A DNA stretch of 63,202 nucleotides, the filler included, from Phoronis australis (taxonomy: Eukaryota > Animalia > Phoronida), in assembly GCA_002633005.1 (NCBI GenBank). It is 5 parts of 5 records of this genome, joined end to end, with 100 filler letters (N's around TTAATTAATTAA, not from the genome) between each part and the next. Parts side by side here need not be neighbours in the genome. Positions count along the whole stretch, not along the records: positions 1 to 28,095 come from NMRA01001028.1; 4 more parts are not named here. One strand, 5' to 3'. The notes beneath the pieces are model-generated. The model was not told the origin of the DNA. It made no database searches and saw nothing but the letters and a program-made list of their open reading frames with translations. Positions 1 through 12,000 of the stretch are shown here, piece after piece. Position numbers and translations under genes: made by a program. How positions within the stretch are numbered: the stretch's first letter is position 1; each line of letters begins with the position of its first letter.

Positions 1-79
1 TCGGGCAAATGTGAGTTTTATTTGTAGGTTGGAACCGATTAACTGCAACATTATTTTGACTACAGTCCCCTTTTAAGAG

Positions 80-282
80 CCGTGTTCACCCTGACGCCCG
101 TTCAAAACTTTCCAACTTTTCAAGCTTTCGGCAAAGCGTCCACCATCAAGTTACAGGATAGAACCTTCTGTAAAACCGCTAATATCTCTGTGAACGCGCT
201 CTGTCACAGAGAAATTTAGCCCTCAAAACGAGCCCCACTCTCTTACCATTAGGTATGGAGGTGTCAATTTCAGTGTAACCTT
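80..282. repeat. Dispersed repeat, copy 1 (about 200 bp; copy 2 at 16650-16875)
   Basis: Shares long near-identical blocks with 16650-16875, e.g. CAAAGCGTCCACCA, AGTTACAGGATAGAACCTTCTGTAAAACCGC and TGTCAATTTCAGTGTAACCTT. Confidence 0.8.
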
Positions 283-830
283 CTCACTGTTTCTGCGTGA
301 ATGACCTTCTATGTTATCTACCTTTGATTCCAGGTAGTCGAACCTGTGTTTTGAACACTCTTCTCCCAGGACTTTCGCCTCTTCTTCGATCACCTGGAAT
401 TTGTTATCGATTTTTTTATTTAACTTGTTGAACGTTTTGTCCATCATTCCATATACCCTTGTCAGTTGATTTTTAAGGTCACATAGTAAAAGGTACTAAT
501 GACATCGTCATTTTTTGGATTTAGAGTACCCGAAGCACTCACAGTTGCTTGTCTCATTTTAGGCCCGGTCTGTGTTTCGCTATCGGATCCGGGTTTGGGT
601 TCAACCTCACCGGACAGGATGAGGAGGAGTGAAAGGGACAGTAGAACCATGACCGTAAAGAACGTGTATTTAGCTTGAAAAGGTCGACCTACATGTATAC
701 ACATTGAGAGCTGGGTCATTGAGGGTGATTTGACTTCTGACCGGCACCCCGTGAACAGACCTATTTTGCATCTCCACTGTTCCACATTGATTCCCATTGT
801 TTTATAAATACACAACGGCTACCACGACAT
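283..830 (-). mobile_element. Fragment of a CR1/L2-type non-LTR retrotransposon ORF1 (decayed, truncated)
   Basis: ORF 462-815 contains MGINVEQWRCKIGLF, then a hydrophobic stretch ending LLLILSGEVEPKPGS (degenerate 2A-like DVExNPGP). ORF 223-447 is a coiled coil ending LESKVDNIEGHSRRN, like the LINE ORF1 LE.RSRRNN motif. Confidence 0.7.
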
Positions 831-3411
831 TTACAGTTACTTAAAGGGTATCAAATCTCTTCAATAAGTGTTTCTGGAGTCGATAAAATGAAAAAGTAAG
901 TAGATACACGCCAAAACTAAAACTTAGCTGAATAAAACAATATTCAGTTTTTGAATAAAAGTAATCCTATCTTTCATTTCATTCATGCTTCATTTTTTAA
1001 GAATTTTTTGTGTTCCATTTTCATGTGGAATTCAATTAAAACTAGGTTGTCTACCTCGGATGTTTAATCTGATTTTCGTCTGAGATGGAATTGTCAGGTG
1101 AGGTACATGTATGTGCCAGAGCACAACTATTCCTTACAGCCCGTGATACCTGTTTTTTCACCTGAAATCTCAAATATTACCTGGTAACGACTTGTCTCAG
1201 TGCACAAGATAACTTAAAAATAGCAAAAAAATGTAGGCGCATCTCACCCAAAACTATTCTCTCTAATAAATACTTTCAAAATTTAATTGCAAATGAGGAA
1301 TGCAGTTTTAAAGACGGATGGAAGTGCCAGTGACTTCATAACGTGTATGCTGTTCATGTCCACTGACGGACAGTTTTGGCCAATGCATACATGATACAAC
1401 TCACCCTTATCGTCGTGTGAAGTACGATCAAGGGGGTATACATGTAGGAAGAAGGCAGTACTATTCATCGGTCATTGTAGTCCGTTTTGGGTCCTCTTCA
1501 TTTTGCTTCGCATATTACCCATAAGTCACATGCTGGGCACGGCATGTATGCTACAGCTGTTCGGGCTGGTGACATCATTAATTCGTTTATTGCCCCAAAT
1601 CTATCCCATTCTTCCCAAAATAATACTGTACGAACTAAGTAAATCCACTGATTGTCTACTGTATTGCCAGGGCAACTAATTCACATTTTTATTCCTGACA
1701 TTCGGAACAGAATATAACTGATAGTGACCAGTATCGGATTTGCACGCAGCGCCTTGGGTGAGCAATAAGTCAATACCATGTTTATATTTCTCACTCTAAA
1801 GCACCTGGACTGTAATTCTTCTTTACAACTGCTTATTCAGTTTGGGAAAGTTTATTTCCATGATATAAAAGTTGTACTTTGGGTCGTCACCATTAATAAT
1901 AAAAACATCAGAAATTTTCAACTAACGTTTCGATGTCTAAAACGTCATCATCAGGACATGCAACCAAGGCCTTCTTACAACCTTGGCCCACACAGTGTAT
2001 AATAGAGCTATCAGCTTCCATCATGGCAAACATCAAAGATAATTCGTAAGACCAGTGAAAGCCAGCTGTGCGCCATCTGCTTATAGACCAGATCACGCTC
2101 GAACCAGCTGATATTTTCAGGTTCATTTTCAGGTTCATGTTTTACTGGGTTATCTATTGGACTATAACCTTCGGCGAAGATAAGATAAGAAAAATTGCAT
2201 GGAATAGATGAGTCAGAGGTATATTTTGGTCGTGCGTGACAGTCTATTGCACAGTCAACGAAGCCGACCTACTGACGAAAGTCGTCGAGCTGACTGCTCA
2301 GCCTTCAAGATTTTCCGCTTTGTGCAGACTGACGGGATGCAAGGAACCTGATCATCAAGTAAGTCAAATACCTCTGCTTGATATGCAGAAGTGTGCGTAC
2401 TATAACGTATCATTAATGCAGCAACTGAAACGTGTTGTTGAAGTCTCCTCAGCTTCGGGAACACGACTGCTTCTCGCTAGCTGAACAGACCTGCAGAACT
2501 GTGGTGTTCCACGCAGGTTCTCGTACACAGTCGAAATGTATACTTGAGATAGTTTATTGAGTTTCAAGTTTTTTGTGTCTCAGAAGTATATAGGTGTTCC
2601 AACAATTCTACACTGCTTGATCCACCCTAACAATAACATGGTTTTAGTCTTGTACCTCAATTTATGGACTGTTTTCGATTGGGTTTGAAAAAGAAAGAAC
2701 ACATTAGGCAAAGATATTTATTCGGACGATTGTTCCAGATTTGAGCGATTTGGAAAAAGTGGTTGGTCTCACGTTTGTGAACTTTTAATCCTCATCTGTT
2801 ATGAAAAATTGGCATGATATTTGCTGTGATCTTTAATTATTGATATTTTTAAAATCTCTTGTTGCCATTTCCTCGTAATGAAAATTTTCCCCTGCTCTCT
2901 TTAGCGTAAAATGTCGTTTTCACATGGGATATGGATAACAACGAACTTGAAGTTAACAGAAATTGCCGAGGCAGCTATTCCTTGCCGTAGTCATTAGTCT
3001 TTCACTAAATAATCCCTTTCCTTGAACTCGTTTTAGCAGTTACGTTCTCATTGTTTGCGAAACAGGGTTTTTGTGAGATAGTTGAAGGGGGTGCAATTTT
3101 TTATCCAACTTGACGTGTTTGACATCAATAGATGACAGAATTGAAATTAATTTCGAGCCGATTACTTTCATCATAGTGTATGTGGCAATCCCAGAGTAAA
3201 GCAATTTTTCCGCTAAAACTCAGATTTTGGTTATTGCAGTGTAATTTACATCACCGTGGTAATGAAAATACTTATCAACATAAACCAACAAAAAGAAAGT
3301 AGACAAAGACTCAGTAACTGCCACTGTTATGCTATGATCTGTTGTGAAGTAAAAGAACTGTTATAGTTTTAAGAGTAGAATCTGTTGCGTCTGATGGCTA
3401 CAGCTGAAACC

Positions 3412-3496
3412 CACAGAGCGTCACCAGTGGACCACGTGACTAGTGGGCGTATCTCACACAGTGTCACCAATGGTCCACGTGACTAGTGGGCGTACC
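3412..3496. repeat. About 45-bp direct tandem duplication
   Basis: CACAG(A/T)G(C/T)GTCACCA(G/A)TGG(A/T)CCACGTGACTAGTGGGCGTA occurs twice. Confidence 0.75.
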
Positions 3497-3860
3497 TGAT
3501 ACATGACTGAGCAGTGATGAGCGTCATATGCTATTATCGTCACACACATCATGACATAATAACAAAACTATTCGTCCACTCAAAACCTGGATATCAAGAT
3601 TGTTGCAATAGCGTTCTGTTTGCCAAATATTTTATCATGTATTAACGCTTACAAATAAAAATCTGCAGTGAGTAGATTTGACCTAGGTCATAAATGTATC
3701 GCCTGTCTATGTAAATAAACGAAATTAAGAGAACACGTATCCCACACATTAATGCTCGCCTTCAGGATTAAGTTGAGTGAGCAGAGTCTCCTATCGGAGT
3801 GATCTGAACCCAATATCATTCAAGTTAGATACAATGACTGATATTTACATTTTGTTACAG

Positions 3861-3959
3861 CTATAAATCCTGAGTGAGGAAGGCGGACTTTAAGAAGTTG
3901 CTGGACATGTTCTTCAACTACAGTTATAAATTAAGAAGATTTGTTAAAGCATTGTCAAC
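3861..3959 (+). other. Candidate 5'UTR exon of the NTase-TPR gene
   Basis: Acceptor TTTTGTTACAG ends at 3860 and donor GTGAGT starts at 3960. Its link to the downstream gene is inferred only. Confidence 0.35.
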
Positions 3960-4079
3960 GTGAGTTGTCGAGCGAGGCCGACAGTGCGCACGATTTTTTT
4001 ACGATTTTCTTCCGTCTATGAAACTAAGCTAGTTAATCTCGTTAACAAAGTTTTCTTATATCTGCATGGTGCTTACAGT

Positions 4080-5480
4080 TGAGTTTAAAATATCAAATTT
4101 CAGGTCATATGGTGCACCCACGTGTCATTAGGTGCATTTTTTATCTGAAATTTTGACTTTTCCATTCAACACCTATTCTGTTAAGTCAACTGTGATTCTT
4201 GGGCTATCCAATCGGAAACAATGGGTCCAAGGTCATTGGGTGCAAACAATTATATGAAGTGAGGCACTTCAAATTCACATGCCTGCTTAGTACACGTACA
4301 CTGTAACTGACTTCTTAACCTAAAGTTTCAGGTCATTTGGTGCATTTTTCTTCTGAAACTTTGGCCCTCTCATTCAACACGTATTCTGATGTTTCAACAG
4401 TTAGACAACTATGATTCTCAGCATTAAACACACTTTTCTTAGACATGGCAGAAATTCTACTCAAAGGGCTTATAAAGCACCGGGTAGGGCCACTTGGAAC
4501 AAAGGTCATTTATTGTTGACATTTTTATGGAATTCTTTTTAATTTCAACACACAGGTGTAAGTTCACATGCCAATCAAACAGCCTACTTTGCTAAGCAAT
4601 CGTCAAAGGTTATTGAGTGCCAAATAAGATTTTGGGCTAAACACTTCAGATTCTTACGCCTGCTTTGTACATGTAATTGAGTTCCAATTCTAAGGTTTCA
4701 GGTCGTTCGGTGCAACCATTGAGTCATTAGGTGCATTCTCCTTTGAAAATCTTGACTTTAAGTTCATTCAACATGTATTCTTAGATTTGAAATTTTGACC
4801 TTTTTGTTCAACATGCATTCCAAGGGGCTTTAAATGATTATTAGCATTAACCACACTATTCATTGAGTTTACAGTCATTCCCTTATCAGATATCATAAGG
4901 CACCAAAGGGTCAATTAATGCAGAAGTCATCAAATTATCATGTGATTTCAACTACAATTTTAAGAGTTCATTTTAATCTTGGTAAACGGGTTGTTGTCAA
5001 TAATTTCCAATACAAATTCCTGTAAAGTGCACACGCAGAGTCTATTATTGTCACTGCGTAACTCAAAAATGATGTCATTGGGTGCAAAGGTCATATAATT
5101 ATCAAAATGCTACTTCTTCAGTTTGAATGGTTCCCTCTTCAAATTAAGTGGATAGGAACAAGTCAATAATACAATTATAAATTACTTTTCTAAGTAATTG
5201 GGGCATCCAATCAGATTAGATAGCTCAACGTTTAGAGGTTGCAAACTAAGATTTTGAGCCACACACTAAAATTACGTATTTGATTGGAAAGCGTTATTGA
5301 GTTCCAAACCCATTGTTTTAGGTCATTTGATACAAACACGGTGTCTTATGCTGCAAAATATTTTGTGAAGTTTTGACCTATTCATTCAACACGTATTTTC
5401 CTGTGTCAAAGTTAGACAACTGTGATTCTCAGCAAGAAACACATTTTTCACATACTTTGCAATGCTTTACTAAAAGGGCT
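4080..5480. repeat. Degenerate array of long repeat units, possibly the internal array of a non-autonomous Helentron-like element
   Basis: The motif TTTCAGGTCATTTGGTGCA...TTTTGAC...TCATTCAACACGTATTCT recurs near 4098, 4326, 4697 and 5317. Confidence 0.55.
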
Positions 5481-7201
5481 GGAAGTCTAAAGTTCTTTTA
5501 TTTTTTAACACGCGGCCTGGGCTGAACAAGCATAATGTTACTACCTCACGCACTGTACACGCATTCTCATTATTAGCATCTAAAAGCATTCTAAAAGGAC
5601 GAGAGTTGCAGTAGCTTTCTCATCAAATGCACTTCATTTCCAATCCATTGAGGGCGTTTCTGATAGCGTGAAAGCCGTACTTCTAGAACATCCGTGAGTC
5701 TTCTGTGATGGTGAAGTTTAGTGAGATATATCTTCACTTACTATATATATAAGGAATATTCTAATTTTTACTGTGAATTTCTCATTCAGGTAATCCTACA
5801 CTGTGCTAAAAATAGTTGAAATCGTTTTTGGTTTGACGGTCAAATGCACTTTAAGGTTTGTCGATGTGTCACAATATGAATCATATTACTCTAAGTTTTC
5901 AGTCTAAATTGTGTTTTGAAGTCGTGTTTTGTAACTTCTTGCTTTCCTACTTCACGTTATCAATGCAACAATATAACGAATCTTAATTAGAAAAATAAGC
6001 TATGTTGGAATGTAAAGCTTCAAGCCTCCAATCCTTGTTCCTTGCAACTTCATATACAGTAGGTTTAAGTCATGCCTGAAACACCAATCGGTCGCCATGG
6101 TAATAGTTAGGCATGCCCGTGTTGTTGGATAAAGTTAGTAAAGTTTAAATATTCTCATGTACTGTGCATTCTAAGTTATTTATCAAAGTCAAACGTTAGA
6201 TCACTTCGGTTTATGTACATGTATTAACGTAGCAGTACGGAGATTATTTCAGTTATGACTTATGTGCAGTAGATAAAACCCTCAACTTCCTTGAAAGGAT
6301 TTAACTCAAGAAACAAAATAAGGAGTTCCAACTGAAAGAACTTAATTTTGATTTGAATTGTGGAAAACCTAAATGATTAAATCATAATCGTCCTTTAATT
6401 AGTTCTTTCATTTCCGCTATTGAGTGACCAAAGCATGATAGAATTAGTTTACCACAAATAATGTGTTCAGGCATTTTTCGTGATATTTTTGGTTTACTAC
6501 TATTTCAATAGATTAACACACCAATTTAAAAAATATTGTACAGTTGAAATACAAGGTAGCATGCTCCTCATTTGTCTATGCAATCTTTTGACTATCTTAC
6601 AACTGAACAGATATAGTGAAAACTCAGCTTGTCACAGCATTTTATTACAATACCACTTCATTTCGACTGTACAGGCGAAGACGTACCACTGAAAAGTCAT
6701 CCCTTCAAGTGACCTGTTCTGAAATAGGGAATTAATTCGACAGTGGAATGCGGTGATACAAGCGCCAGTTAGTCATTTAAAACACTTCAGAAACTGGTAA
6801 AGTTCACGAAAATTCATTTCTTTACTCTACTTGAAATGAAACTGGGCTTGGCAATGCACAGCTGTGCTTAAAATGTCATGTAAATGTGAAGTGATACTAA
6901 CACAATTGCATAGCACTTTGTTTACTTGGCTGCCATAAGTTATGGCAGACAAGTGCTGTTGTGGGGCTTAGGTGAACTGTGGGCCTGTGGCCTCTCGTGT
7001 TCAATAAAGTTAAAACATCTTATTACGAATTTGTGCTTAAAAGGTATATCGAGAAACAGGCCTTGTGCTTGTTTCCTTTGCTGTGACACGTGATGCTTAG
7101 AATGACTTTTCATGAGAGTCACGTCATAGTCACCCGATGTCAGGCACTCAAGTTCACTGCAATTCTGTTTCCAGAATTCACTCAAGATTCTGCTTTTAAG
7201 T

Positions 7202-7346
7202 ATGGAGAGCGCCCCAAGCAAAATAAGTGACGGTACTGGGCGTACAGACGACAACACTTCTCCGACGTCTCACGCAACTAGTTTTCTTAGATCAACATCT
7301 GAAGATAAACGCGATCCTATAGGTTCTGACAAAAACGTCGAAAAAG
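7202..7346 (+). CDS. First coding exon of the nucleotidyltransferase-TPR gene (low-complexity N-terminus)
   Basis: Acceptor TTCTGTTTCCAG ends at 7174, ATG at 7202, donor AAG|GTAATG after 7346. The 145 nt give phase 1, matching the acceptor at 9044 (G+AA = Glu). Confidence 0.65.
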
Positions 7347-7511
7347 GTAATGAAAACGAATCTTTACAGCTTTGTGTAACAATGATTAATTATTCGTTTA
7401 ACCACTGAAGTTAAACCTGTAGACATGGAACGGTAACTCTCACAAGTGACGCACGCATATTCTGGTGTTGCAGATTTACATAGTCAGATTGGATTTCTGT
7501 ATTTGACGGGT

Positions 7512-7662
7512 GATCCCGATCGCTCAGTGGCTAGAGCGTCTAAGTGATCAGCAGAAAGTCCTATGTTCGAGTCTCAATGAGAGGCAAAAATGTTTTCAGA
7601 CTCCTATTCATTAGGTTACGTAATGTGGCCAACAGGTGGCGTGCAGACCAGATTTAAAATGT
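7512..7662 (+). mobile_element. tRNA-derived SINE-like element or tRNA pseudogene, copy 1
   Basis: A-box-like GCTCAGTGGCTAGAGCG, B-box GTTCGAGTC, broken T-stem; 3' tail shared with copy 2 (GCAAAAA...TTCAGA...ATGTGGCCAACAGGTG). Confidence 0.6.
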
Positions 7663-7754
7663 GTGTGATCTATATTTCCACACCGATTCAATATTTACAT
7701 ATTTATATACACTCACGAGTTGATGATCGGGATGCCCACTGCTAAGTGTGATTG

Positions 7755-7913
7755 GATCCTTTTGTTTCGTTGGTGGTCTAGAGCACATGCACGGTTATCA
7801 GAGCGGGGTCCTGGGTTCGAGTCCCGGTGGGGGGCAAAAAGCTGTTCAGAGTTATGTTCATTACGTCACGTTATGTGGCCAACAGGTGACTTGCACATCA
7901 GACTTAAACATGT
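7755..7913 (+). mobile_element. tRNA-derived SINE-like element or tRNA pseudogene, copy 2
   Basis: GGTGGTCTAGAGCA A-box region, T-arm CTGGG-TTCGAGT-CCCGG, same downstream tail as copy 1. Confidence 0.6.
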
Positions 7914-8254
7914 TTTTAACACTCTAAATAATAATTGTTTGCTTCTGGTATAATCAAACACCATCATGAGCTCATGATAGATATTCTAAGGATATGACTT
8001 GTATGAAGTCACACGAAAATAGCAGAGTTGTGAAGAGATTTAGTGCCATTGAATAAAGTGACATTTTCCGTTTGACCTAGTTTTAGAATTTATTTCACCT
8101 CTTTTTGTGCCAGGTGTTTTACAAGATTGTGGTGATAATGATTGTGTGGATATGTCTTAAGAAAATATTATACTTTCGAAACTGTCTAGATAGCTTTACA
8201 TTGCGCCTAGTATATGTAGCTAAGCAGTGGTATTGACCACGACCTGCATCCGGA

Positions 8255-8320
8255 TTTGCAAGCAGACGATCATCCTTTTGCAAGCAGACGATCATCCTTT
8301 TGCAAGCAGACGATCATCCT
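8255..8320. repeat. 22-bp tandem repeat x3
   Basis: TGCAAGCAGACGATCATCCTTT repeated. Confidence 0.9.
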
Positions 8321-9044
8321 CTTGACAATAATAGTGGAGATTACACCGTAAAATATTTCAATGAAACATTAATGATTTTTTTCGGAAGAAGTTTTCGGTG
8401 ATAACAGATCTAAATTGATTTTACTTCTGCTAAACAAAAATTCAACCCTAAGCCTTATATTTCCTTGCAGCAAACAACACTGGGTCAAACAAATTTAACT
8501 AGCCTATGGATGCACAGCGTGTGATTGAAGTCCATAGCTTTGAAACAGAATTTGGTAATGACTATTACTTAGTCGTCATGAAAAATATTAAGGGTGTAAA
8601 GGGTGTACAAATGTTTATAAAATCGCACTCAAACACAGTGAATTTACTTTTAAACAAAACACATGGGCAAGAATTTAAACTCATGTTTAGAGTTACTGTT
8701 GTTGATATGGGGTAGAAATAAATATCAACAGACCTATCATTTGGATGATGACCATTCTTTGGGGGTATTTCTTTTTAGAACTGGCCAAATTACGCGATTA
8801 ACTGGGCATACGTGGGAGGATGTTCTCGCAGATTTAAAATTTGCGATAATTTGGGCGTAAGCTCGTAAAAGCCACTTTCTTGCTTGTGCTTTGTGGTGTA
8901 TATTTAATATACGCTTAAATTATTTTCTGGAGACTTTTCATTATGGAACCCAACAATTCATGTTAAAGATTCGCTGAAACAGGCGAAAAGTATTTGAAAT
9001 AAAATGACAATGAGAGATTTTCATGCTGACCCATCTCTTTTCAG

Positions 9045-12000
9045 AACAGCTTGACGATGAGGAAAAACGGTTGGCGTCAGAACTACGGCAACTTTCTGAA
9101 GAAGGTAGGAGTTCAAGATTAGGTGGTAAGATACTTCAAAAAATGGGTGACGTTTACAAGCGGCGAGGTTTATTGCAGGAACGAGCACAGCATTTTGTTA
9201 TGGCCTCAGCGTTGTACAATGCCGCATTAATGCGATATAACGAATCTGAACTGAAGCATCAAGTTGAAGCTTCAATGGAACAAAATGAACGAGCATTCTA
9301 CAAAACAATATCCATATCAAAAAATGAAATTCCAATGGGGTTCAGGAATGAAATAAAAAATAAATTGCATCGCATCAGGAAAGATATTACTCCGACAGCA
9401 AATCAGGTACTAGACAAATTTGCTCAAGAATTGAACTTGGACGCAGAAAATAGAGAAAGAGTGATGGTGGAAAAGGAGTTCACTAAAGAAACGAGGCATG
9501 TTTTTGGAGGCCTTTGTACCAATTTGAAGGAATTTCACAAAGATCTTCTGTCAAGATGTCAAAGGATATTAGGCCCACCCCCCCAGGAATACGCTGCCAT
9601 AGCCATGGGATCATTAGCGAGGGGAGATGCAACACCTTATTCAGACTTGGAGTGGGCCATTTTGGTAAAAGATGATGAACAAGATCTTGAGTATTTCAGA
9701 AACATGGTTCGACTTATGCATATATTCGTTTTAAACATTGGCGAAACAAATCTGAGGACCATGAATATTAGGTCACTCAATGATTATTTCACACCTGGTG
9801 AGAACTGGTTCAGTGACACCGTTGTAGCTAGGGGAGTTGAGTTTGATAGTGCTGCGCCTTTTGCTTGCAAAACGCCTCTTGGAAGACCTGACAGACCTGA
9901 AAGACAAGGCATAGAATTGATAAAAACACCCAAACACATGGCGGCATTATGCGAATATGAAACAGCCGTTAAGGAGGGCTATATCTTCGATCGTGTATTA
10001 ACAGTTACAACCAAACTCGATGGGGATGATCATCTTTTTGAAATGTTCAGACAACTTAGAGCAGGTAATCAGGATAAAGAAGACTCACGCAAAAAGTACA
10101 TTCAAGAAATCCGTGACATAGTGGAAGAGTTTTTGCCACAACTGAGTTTTCACACGGAAGCCGGAGCCACTCATGACATTAAAAAAGAGATGCTGCGGTT
10201 GCCGACTGTGGTCATTGTTTTACTGAAACCGTTATTCAGTTTGAATAATGACTTTATCTGGGAGACTATAGATGAGATGATATCTGAATCCATATTGACA
10301 TCCGATGGAGGGCATAATTTGCTTGTGGTCATTTCCATCGTGGCCCTTCTCAGACTCGTGATGTACTGTAGTAAAGAAAAACAGCACGAAGTGTTCGTTT
10401 TGTTTGGAAAATCAATCTCATCTGAGTCGGGAAACAATGCCGTAGTAGGATATAACAAATTCAAATCTTTGGTGGTTCGGTATTATTATTCATTGTTACC
10501 GTTAGCTGATTTTGTTGGAAGTGATCAGTTAGTAGATGCCTGTACAAGGCGACAAATATGTGACAATTTTTTTGAAAGAAGTCAGTTAACAGGAGGCTTA
10601 ATTGAATTATCCTGTTTCTCCTATGAAGATGCCAGAGAACAATTTTTTGCTCACATCGAATCACTTTCAACAAATCCACACGAAAGGACCGGGGAGGACG
10701 TAATAATTCAGCACAAAGGAAAAGATGTTTTCTGTGACCACACAAACAGGACAGTATTGCGATGCCTCTACAAAATCGCTCAAACTTACTTTGTACAAGA
10801 CAAGTTTGAAGAAGCTTTGAAATATAGCTTGCATGCTATCAGACTTGTCCAGCGAAAACACATGGTCAAAAACAGATTGAAAACTCATGACCATGGTCTA
10901 TCGAGGGTCATGTCTGTTTTGAATATGATTGAAAGCTTGCACGAAATGAATAAGCGCAAGTTGGTGTATTTGAGATATGCTGATGAGGAAGTTAGATACA
11001 TGGTAAGTATACTTGATGTAATAGGGAATGTGTGTTTTAGTATATGTAAGTATGACATGGCTTTACAATACTTCCTAGACTCACTGAGCATGGTGAGGAG
11101 GTTACACAGTGAGGGTGACCATTCCATGTTTGGCTCTACTTTGCATAGCATTGGAGATGTCTATAAGGAGATGAGTAAGTACGACTTGGCCTTACAATAC
11201 TACCAAAACTTAATGGGTATGATGAAGAGGATACACGGTGATGGTGACCATCCCTATATTGTCAGAAGTATCCATGCTGTTGGGGATGTGTATAAGGAGA
11301 TGAGTAAGTACGACCTGGCATTACAATACTACCAAGACTCACTGAGTATGGAGAGGAGGCTATACAGTGGCAGTGATCATCCCATCGTTGCGACTAGTTT
11401 GAGTAAAATCGGGGATGTGTATAACGAGATGTGTAAGTACGACCTGGCCTTACAATACTTCCGAGACTCAATGGCTATGATGAAGAGGATACATGGTGAT
11501 GGTGACCATCTCGCCATTGCCACCAGGTTACATTACATTGGGGATGTGTATAACGAGATGAGTAAGTACGACCTGGCCTTACAAAACTACCAAGACTCAT
11601 TGAGTATGAAGAGGAGGATACACGGTGATGGTGACCATCCTAGTATTGCTACTAGTTTGCATAATATTGGGGATGTGTATAAGGAGATGTGGCAGTATGA
11701 CATGGCCTTACAAAACTACCAAGACTCATTGAGTATGAAGAGGAGGATACACGGTGATGGTGACCATCCTAGTATTGCTACTAGTTTGCATAATATTGGG
11801 GATGTGTATAAGGGGATGTGGGAGTACGACCTGGCCTTAAAATACTACCAAGACTCACTGAGTATGAAGAGGAGGGTACATAATGATGGTGATCATCCTA
11901 GTATTGCAACTAGTGTGCATAATATTGGGGATGTGTATAAGGAGATGAGTGAGTACAACATCGCCTTACAATACTATCAAGACTCACTGGATATGATGAA

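Noticed and set aside
6400-6845. IRF/ISRE-like (GAAATGAAACT at about 6833) and NF-kB-like motifs upstream of the NTase-TPR coding exons
   Set aside because: Such short motifs are expected by chance in AT-rich DNA and the TSS is unknown, so they are not independent evidence of immune regulation.
7512-7836. Functional tRNA genes
   Set aside because: Acceptor and anticodon stems are disrupted, and copy 1 has a broken T-stem.
10171-11151. Four minus-strand ORFs of 75-97 aa
   Set aside because: They are antisense shadows of the long NTase-TPR exon.
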